A DNA stretch of 64,000 nt from Scenedesmus sp. PABB004. Its lineage: Eukaryota. The stretch's first letter is position 1. Each line of letters opens with the position of its first letter. The position numbers were made by a program, and so were the translations under genes. Below are positions 57,468 to 64,000 of this stretch, piece by piece. Location: the NCBI GenBank assembly GCA_014905635.1, contig JABVCE010000010.1:496001-560000 (forward strand). The letters are read 5' to 3'. A model generated the notes under the pieces. The model was not told the origin of the DNA. It searched no databases and worked only from the letters and a program-made list of their open reading frames with translations.

Positions 57468-58184
57468 TCGCTGCCGCCACAGCGACCAGCGCGCCGCGCA
57501 GCGCGGCGCAGCGCCTCCTCCTCTCTGCCCCCACCCGCCCACGCCCACACCCACACCCACACACCCGCACACGCAGGTGGGCGAGACGATGAAGCGCATG
57601 CCCGGCGGCAGCGGGTCCAACCCCTTTGCGCAGCTGGTGGAGGACGCGGACGGCCTGGACAAAATCGAGGCCCTGCAGGCGCGCGGCGCAGGCGGCCGCG
57701 CGCGCCACGCGCGGCGCCTGGCCGCGCCGCCGCCGCCGCCGCTCGGGCGCGCGCGCGCCTTGCTTGCGGCTCCCTCCCTCTCGGCCCCTCCCTGCCCCCT
57801 TCCCCCCACACTCGCTCGCTCGCTCACTCGCGCTCACTCGCACTCACTCACTGGGTGCCCACACTCGCTCGCGCACCCACTCCCACCCACACACCCACCC
57901 ACACGCCCACACCCACAGGAGCACCAGAACGAGGACCTGTACGAGAAGGCTGTCTCCATACTGGAGGCCTACTTTGAGTGCGAGGAGGGGGACGACCAGA
58001 ACCTCGCGCCCGCGCTCGCGGGCAACACGTACGCGTTTGGCGCGCCGCCCGGCGCGGCGGGCGCGCCCGGCGGCGCCGCCGCGGCGCCCGGCAGCGGCGG
58101 CGGCTTCAACTTCAACGACGGCGCCGGCGGCGCCGCGCCGCCGGCGGGGCGTTCAACTTTCAGGGCTTTGGCGGGCCCAAGTGA
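54543..58184 (+). CDS. IMPA: importin subunit alpha, 10 exons
   Basis: IBB domain ([34 protein letters not shown]) and ARM repeats ([40 protein letters not shown]). The FG-rich tail needs a frameshift near 58147. Confidence 0.97.
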
Positions 58185-58880
58185 GCGCGGCCGCGGCCGC
58201 GGCGCCGGCGGCGGCGGCGCGCGCGGCCCGGCGCGCGCGCCCGGGCGCTCGGGCCTGGCGGCGGCGCAGATCTTCCTGTGAGGCGCCGCGCGCGGCGGGC
58301 GGGCCGCGGCGCGCAGTGCATGGATTGACGGCGGCGGCGCGGCGGCGGCGCAGCGGGCGCCGCCGCCGGCGCGCGCGCCGCCGGCGGGCGGGGCTCCTCC
58401 TGTCTTGTGAAGTGTACATGTGCGCGTTTTTTGGTGTCTGAGCGTGACCGCAGGCCGGGGTCCGCGCCTGCTGCGTGCATGTCCGTGCGTGCGAGTGTGC
58501 CGCGGGCGCGGGGTCCGCGCCTGCCGCGTGGCGTGTGATCGTGTGGCGTTCTTGTGAGCGTGCCGCGGGCGCGGGGTCTGCGCCCGCTGTTGTCGCGCGC
58601 GCGCGCGTGCCCTGGCATCGGTGTGCTGTGTCTGCGTCTGACCAGCGTGGCGCGCGGGCGGCGGTCGTCCGCGCCTCGCGCGCGCTCCCTAGGCCTAGGC
58701 GTCGGAGGCGTCCGAGCGGGCGGTAGCTAGCGGGCGGGCGGGGGCGGGCGTGCATCGGCGGCGAACAGGTTGGCAGCGGCGCACGCTGCAACATCAACAC
58801 AACACGAGCCCGCCGCGCCCGCCAGCGATCCTCCGCGCCCGCCGCGCCCGCCGCGATGCGCCGCGCCCACGAGGGTCAGC

Positions 58881-60203
58881 CTAGCGCTCCGAGCCCACGG
58901 TCGCCGCGCACGCGGGCCGCGCCTTCACCCTGCGGGGCGGCGCCGAGCGCGGCGCGGCGGCGCGTCGCGGCTCGCGCGCAATGCGGCGGCGGCGCTCGCG
59001 CGGCGCTCCGGACCCCGCACCGCTCCATGTACTTCAGCACGTTGGGGTAGGGCGAGAGGTCGAGCTGCGCGGCACGGCGGGCGCGGCGGGCGGCGGCGCG
59101 GCGGTGTCAGGAGGGGGCCTCGGCCGCGCACGGGAGGTGGAAAGCACGGCAGGTTCCCCGGGCCCGAACGGCCGCGCCCGCGCGCGGATTTCCCCGCACC
59201 TGCGGGAAGAACATCGGCACGTACAGCAGGATGCTGCCGACAGCGACATCGCTGACCGAAAAGGCGTTGCCCTCCAGGTACTCCCTGCGCGGCGCGCCGG
59301 CGGGCAGCGGGGCGCTCGCGCGCCGTGAGCCGTGAGCCGCGGCGGCAGCGCCGCGCCCGGGGCGCGCGCTGTGCGCTGCGGCCGGGTGGCCGGCGGCGGC
59401 GGCGCCAGGGAGCGGCGGCGCCGGTCGTGCCGCGCTGGCCACGCGGGCGCCGGCGGCCGCCCGCGGCGCCGCCGGGCGCAGCCGCACCCGCGCCCGCACC
59501 TGTCCGCCAGGAGCTTGTCGAGCGCGCCATACACGTCGGGCATCGACTTCTCCCTGAACTGCTCCACAAAGACCGCGTTGGAGAGCGTGGAGTTGGAGAA
59601 CGAGATCCACTGCGCGGCCTTGGCCCGCGCCTCGGGCGTGGGCAGCGCGCCGTGCTTGTCCGCGAGATAACTCAGCAGCGCGCCGCTCTCAAACAGAGTG
59701 AACTCGCCGTCCTGCAGCGCGGGGACCTTGCCAAACGGGTTGACCTGCGCGCGCGGGGCGGGGTATGCGCCGGCGCCGGCGTCGGCGCCGGCGTCGGCGT
59801 GGGCCGGCCCGTGCGGGCGCGGCGCGGCGGGGCGAGCGCCGCCGCGGGGCCGCCGGCGGCCGGCCAGCCTCAAGCCGCCGCGCCTTGAGGAAGGAGGGCT
59901 CCTTGTGCTGGCGCTTCTCGCGCATGTCCAGGTTGACCATCTCCACCTGGTCCTCGATGCCCAGCTCCTTGATGTACCTGCGCGCGCGCGTGAGGGGGCG
60001 CGCGCACGCTCGACGTGCGCCGAGCAGCGCCGCACGCGCAGCGGCGCCGGCACCCCCGCTCACCACGCTACGATCTGCCCGCGCGACGCGGGGTTGGTGT
60101 ACAGCTTCACCGCCGCGCGCACGGCCACGGCGGCGCGGCGCACGGGCCGCGCGGGCGCCGCCGCCGCGGGGGCAGCGCGGCGCGCGCCGAGCTTCGTCTG
60201 CAT
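58881..60203 (-). CDS. GST: plastid-targeted glutathione S-transferase, 6 exons
   Basis: Transit peptide ..VAVRA, then KLYTNPASRG, VNPFGKVPALQDG, LFESGALLSYLA, YLEGNAFSVSDV and YPNVLKYMERVKARPA. Confidence 0.93.
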
Positions 60204-60494
60204 GGCTGCTGGTGCTCCTGCTGGCGCGGCTGCTGCTCGTAAGACGAATGCGTCTGCGGGGCGCGCAAAGTGCGGCAAATTGAGCGCGGTTTCGACCGGA
60301 GAACCGCCGCTGCTGCGCCGCTGCGCCGCTGGCTGAAGGCTGCGTTTGCGGGGCTCCCGTGCCAGTCTCACCTCGCCAGCAGACCTTCGCGAGCAAGCAG
60401 TGCTCCCGCGCGCCGCTGCTGGACAGCGCCGCCGACCGGCGCCGCGCCCGCCGGAGAGGACTGCCGCCCGCCGGCGCCGACAGCCAGCCGCGCC

Positions 60495-61926
60495 ATGGGC
60501 GCCGCCGCTGCGGCGCCGCGCCTGGCCCTCGCCGGCGGCGGCGCCGCCGCGCTCGGGCTCGCGGCCGCGCTGCTGCGCCGCGCCGCGGCCTGGCTCCGCG
60601 CGCGCCGGCGGCGCTTCGGCGGCCTCGAGAGCCTCGTGAGCTACTCGTCGCGCCTGATCGCCGCCGCGCGCGCCGCCGAGTCGGCGCGGCCGGACGCGTA
60701 CGTGGTCGACCCCCTCGCAGCGGTGCTCGCGGGCCCGCAGGCGATGGCGCGGCACCGGGTGGGTGCGCCAGCGGCCGCCCGCCGGCACGCGCTGCAGCGC
60801 CGGACCTCGCCCCGCGACGCCTCGCCGCCGCGCTGCGGCGGCCGCAGGACGTGGGCGCGGAGCAGCCGCCGCCGGGCGCGGCGGGGCGGCCGGTGCCGCG
60901 GCTGATCATGCGGACCGCGTTTTTTGACGACGCCGCGCTCGCGGCGGTCGGGCGGCCGCCCGCGCGCGCGGCCGCGGCGCTCGCGCCGCTCCTCGAGCAC
61001 GTGCGCGGCGCGGCCCTGCCGCCCTGCCGGCAGGTGCGCGCGCGGCGCGCGGCGTGCGGCGCTCGCCGGGGGCGGCGCAGCGTTGACGCCGCGCCGCGCG
61101 GCAGGTGGTGATGCTGGGCTCCGGCATGGACACGCGGCCGTGGCGCCTGGCGCTGCCGCCGGGCGTGGCCTGGTTCGAGGTGGACCGGCGCGACGTGCTC
61201 GCCGCCAAGCAGGCGGAGCTCGTGGCCGCGGGCGTGGGCTTTGAGCCGGCGGGCGCGCCGCGCGCCGGCGGCGGCCCGGGCCTCGCGGCGGGCAGCTGGC
61301 GCTGCGCCGCGGCGGACCTGCAGGCGCCGGGCTGGGTGTCGCGGCTCGCGGCGGCGGGGCTGGACGCGGACGCGCCCGTCGTGTGGCTGGCCGAGGGCCT
61401 GATGTACTATCTGGAGCCCAGCTCGGTCGCGCCCATGCTGCGGGTGGGTGCGCCGCGAGGCACGGCGGAGGGACGGCCGCGGGCCGGGGCCGGGCCCGCG
61501 GGCCGAGGGAGGGCGCAGGCGCCGACGCGCAGCTCCGCGCCGGCCGGCCGCGCGCGCGTGCAGGAGGCGGCCGCGGCGTCGCCGCGCGGCAGCGTGCTGG
61601 CAGTCAACCTCATCACCGCGGAGGGCCTGGCGCTCATCCGGGCGCGCGCGGCCGGCGGCGGCGCCGGCGGCGGCGCGGCAGGCGCCGCGCGGCGCGGCGG
61701 CGGGCGCGGCCGGCCGTCGGGGCTGATGTCCCAGTTTCGCTGGGGCTGCCCCGACGCCGTGGAGGACTTTTTCGCGGCGTGCGGCTGGACCGTGCTCGTG
61801 CGGCACAGCTGGACGCAGGCCGCGGGCCGCTACGGCTGGACGCCGCAGCTGCCCGCCGGCGACACCGCGCCGCGGCCGCCCCGCCTGGAGGTGCAGTTCG
61901 TCGTCGCCGTCGTGAGCAGCGCCTGA
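60495..61926 (+). CDS. SAM-dependent methyltransferase, LCM/ML2640-like, 4 exons
   Basis: IAAARAAES..YVVDPLA, MRTAFFDD, QVVMLGSGMDTRPWRL, WFEVD, ADL..W and VWLAEGLMYYL. Confidence 0.9.
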
Positions 61927-62266
61927 TCTCCCTGCAGCGACTGCGGGCCGATCTCCGAGCTCCCGCCGGCGGCGCGGCGCGCGCTGACCAGGTTGGCCGC
62001 CCGGCGCCGCCGGCGGGCCGCGCGTCTGCGCCGCCACGCGCCCGCCAGCTTCCAGCAGGCTGGTGCGGTCGAGGGGGAGCTGCGGGAGGGAGCGACAGCG
62101 CGCGTGGACGGGCGGTGGCGGTACCTGGCGCGCGCAAAAACCCCCGGACGAGCTCCCCCGCCCTGGCCGCCCCGCCCCACTCCCGGCGCGCTCCGCGATG
62201 GCGCGCAGGCCCGTCAAGCCCTGAGCACGCGCGCGCCGACAGCGCAACGCGCGAGGCCGCGTCGCG

Positions 62267-64000
62267 ATGGCGGCGCTGCCGGGCGGCAGCATGCAGCTCC
62301 ACGACGCCACGGCAGAGGTGAGACGCTGTGCATTCGCGCACCAGCGCTGCGCGGCGGGCGCTGCGCTGCCGGCGGGCGCGCAGTCCGCGGTTGGCCGATG
62401 CGCCGTGCTGCCCTGCCCCCGTCGTGCCGCCCAGGTGCTGGCGCAGATGCTGGCTCGCAAGAAGGTGATGGCCGGCTCCGCTGGCGCGCTGGGCTCGCAG
62501 GTGCGGGGCGGCGCCGGCGCCGGCGCGGGCGGCGGTCAACAGGCGCTGCGCCGAGGCCCGGGGCGCCACGCCCCGCGCCTCACGCCCCCACCGCTGCCGC
62601 CGGCCGCCGCAGCCGTGCGAGCTGGCGCCGGACGCCGGCGACGCCGGCGCGGGCGGCATGGGCGGCCTGGAGCGCGACATCGCCGCCGTGCTCGGCGAGG
62701 CGCAGCTGACGGAGCAGGAGCTGGGCCTGGTGTCCGAGGTCGTGCAGCAGGTCCTGGTCGCGCAGGCGAGCGCCACGGCGCCGGCCGCGCCGGCTGCGGC
62801 GCCGCGCGCGAGCGGCGACGGCGACGGCGACGGCGAGGCCTCGCCCGCCGACGGCGCCAGCGCGCGCGGCAGCGCCGCCGGCGCGGCGGTGGCGGCGGCG
62901 GTGGCCTCGGAGCACCACATGCAGGAGCTCGCCGCGGCGGAGCGGGTGAGGGCGGGCTGAGGCGCTGCTGCGCCCGTGCTGTGCCGCGCCCCGCGCGCAG
63001 CACGCACGCGCCCGCCCGTGCGTCACGCCCGCCCGCGCGCCGCCCCGCCCCGCCCCGCCCCGCCAGGCGCTGGAGCAGGAGCTGCAGGAGCTCGACGCGC
63101 GCTGCGCGCAGCACAGCGCGGCCGCGGCGGCGCCCGTGCCGGCGCCGGGCGAGTCGGCGGCGGCCGTGGCGGCCGCCGACGCGCTGACGGCCGCGCTGGA
63201 GGACCCTGGCGCGTCGGTGGACGACATCGTGGGCCTGCTGGACCAGGTGCTGGCCCTGGGCGGCGGCGGGCCGCACCTGCAGCAGCTGTTGGCGGCGGGC
63301 GGCGTCGTGCCGGGCGGCGCCGGCGCCGGCGCCGGCGCGCACGCGGGCGGGCGCGGCGCGCTCGACGCGCAGCTCGCGGCCGGCGCGCCGGCGGACGACC
63401 TGAGCAGCCTGTGCGCGGGCCTGGGGCTGGAGCCGCTGGCGCAGCTGCAACAGCCGCCGGCGGGCGCGGCGCTGACGACCGTGACCGCCGACGCGGACGA
63501 CGGCAGGCGCGGCTCGCCCGAGACCGCCGGCGAGATGGCGGCGCGGCTGCTGGAGCACGCGCGCGCGATGCATGGCCTGCCGCTGGCCTGCGACAGCGAG
63601 GACGGTGGCGCCGAGGGCGCGCAGGCGGCTGCCCCGCTGTCGGGCGCGGCGATCTACAGCCACGCCGGCAGCAGCGCGGCGCCGGGCGCGTCCCTGCTGC
63701 AGGCAGCGCGGCACAGCCTGTCCGCGTGGCGGGCGGAGGGCGGGCTGCTGCTGCCGGGCGCGGCCGGCGCGCGGCGCGGCGCCCCCGGCTACGCCGCCGC
63801 GCGGGCCAGCCGCCGCAGCGCGTCGCCCGACCGCCACCCCCGGCGCTCGACGCGCACGGCGAGCCGCGGCTGACGCCGCTGGAGGTCGAGCGCCAGTGGC
63901 GGCAGGGCCTGCGCGGCGCCGACTGCGGCGCGGCGGCCTCGTCGGCGCCGAGCACGCCGGGCGCCGCCGGCGCCCAGGGCTGGAACTTTGCGAGCGAGCT
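62267..64000 (+). CDS. hypothetical protein (3'-partial), at least 4 exons
   Basis: Canonical GT-AG junctions join coding-like exons (ATAE|VLAQML..GSQ|PCEL..ER|ALEQEL). Probable frameshift near 63838. Confidence 0.6.

Noticed and set aside
47966..58184. Programmed ribosomal frameshifting or pseudogenisation
   Set aside because: There is no shared slippery motif, the shifts fall in homopolymer or low-complexity runs, and no in-frame stops accumulate. Assembly error is the simpler explanation.
1..64000. Prokaryotic systems (operons, CRISPR, defence islands, prophage)
   Set aside because: The genes are spliceosomal-intron-containing eukaryotic genes, and no repeat-spacer array is present.
1..64000. 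Introner elements explaining the GC-AG introns
   Set aside because: By eye the introns share no family-level sequence, fixed length or terminal inverted repeats. A genome-wide search is needed to exclude this fully.
1..64000. Stop-codon reassignment or selenocysteine
   Set aside because: In-frame TGA near exon ends is part of GTGAG donors, and TGA, TAG and TAA all terminate genes normally.

Overview
This is eukaryotic nuclear DNA of extreme GC content (roughly 80% by eye), gene-dense and intron-rich. It is most consistent with a chlorophyte green alga, based on TGTAA polyadenylation signals, plastid-type transit peptides and G|GTGCG splice donors; a Sphaeropleales/Selenastraceae-like organism is an inference. 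The ORF track is mostly spurious GC-rich read-through, so I rebuilt about 25 spliced genes by hand: CDPK, a type-I membrane glycoprotein, a SET protein, a conserved plastid protein, an STT7/STN7-family kinase with FF-like repeats, a degenerate YqgF protein, two tandem M43 metalloproteases, a coiled-coil protein, TPR-DnaJ, a MIT protein, RPB3, patatin, a HAD hydrolase, a class-3 lipase, a PAN/Apple protein, PI31, CWC27, GTG/GPR89, a divergent F1-ATPase alpha-like protein, importin alpha, GST, an LCM-type methyltransferase and hypothetical proteins. The strongest signal is in splicing. About 23 of about 120 inferred introns (about 19%) need GC donors, mostly of the form AG|GCGCG. Two appear to start with GG, and one intron has slid by 1 nt between the tandem protease paralogues. 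About a dozen single-base frameshifts in G/C/A runs look like assembly errors. No rRNA, tRNA, CRISPR array or transposon was recognised. All models are manual and lack transcript support.
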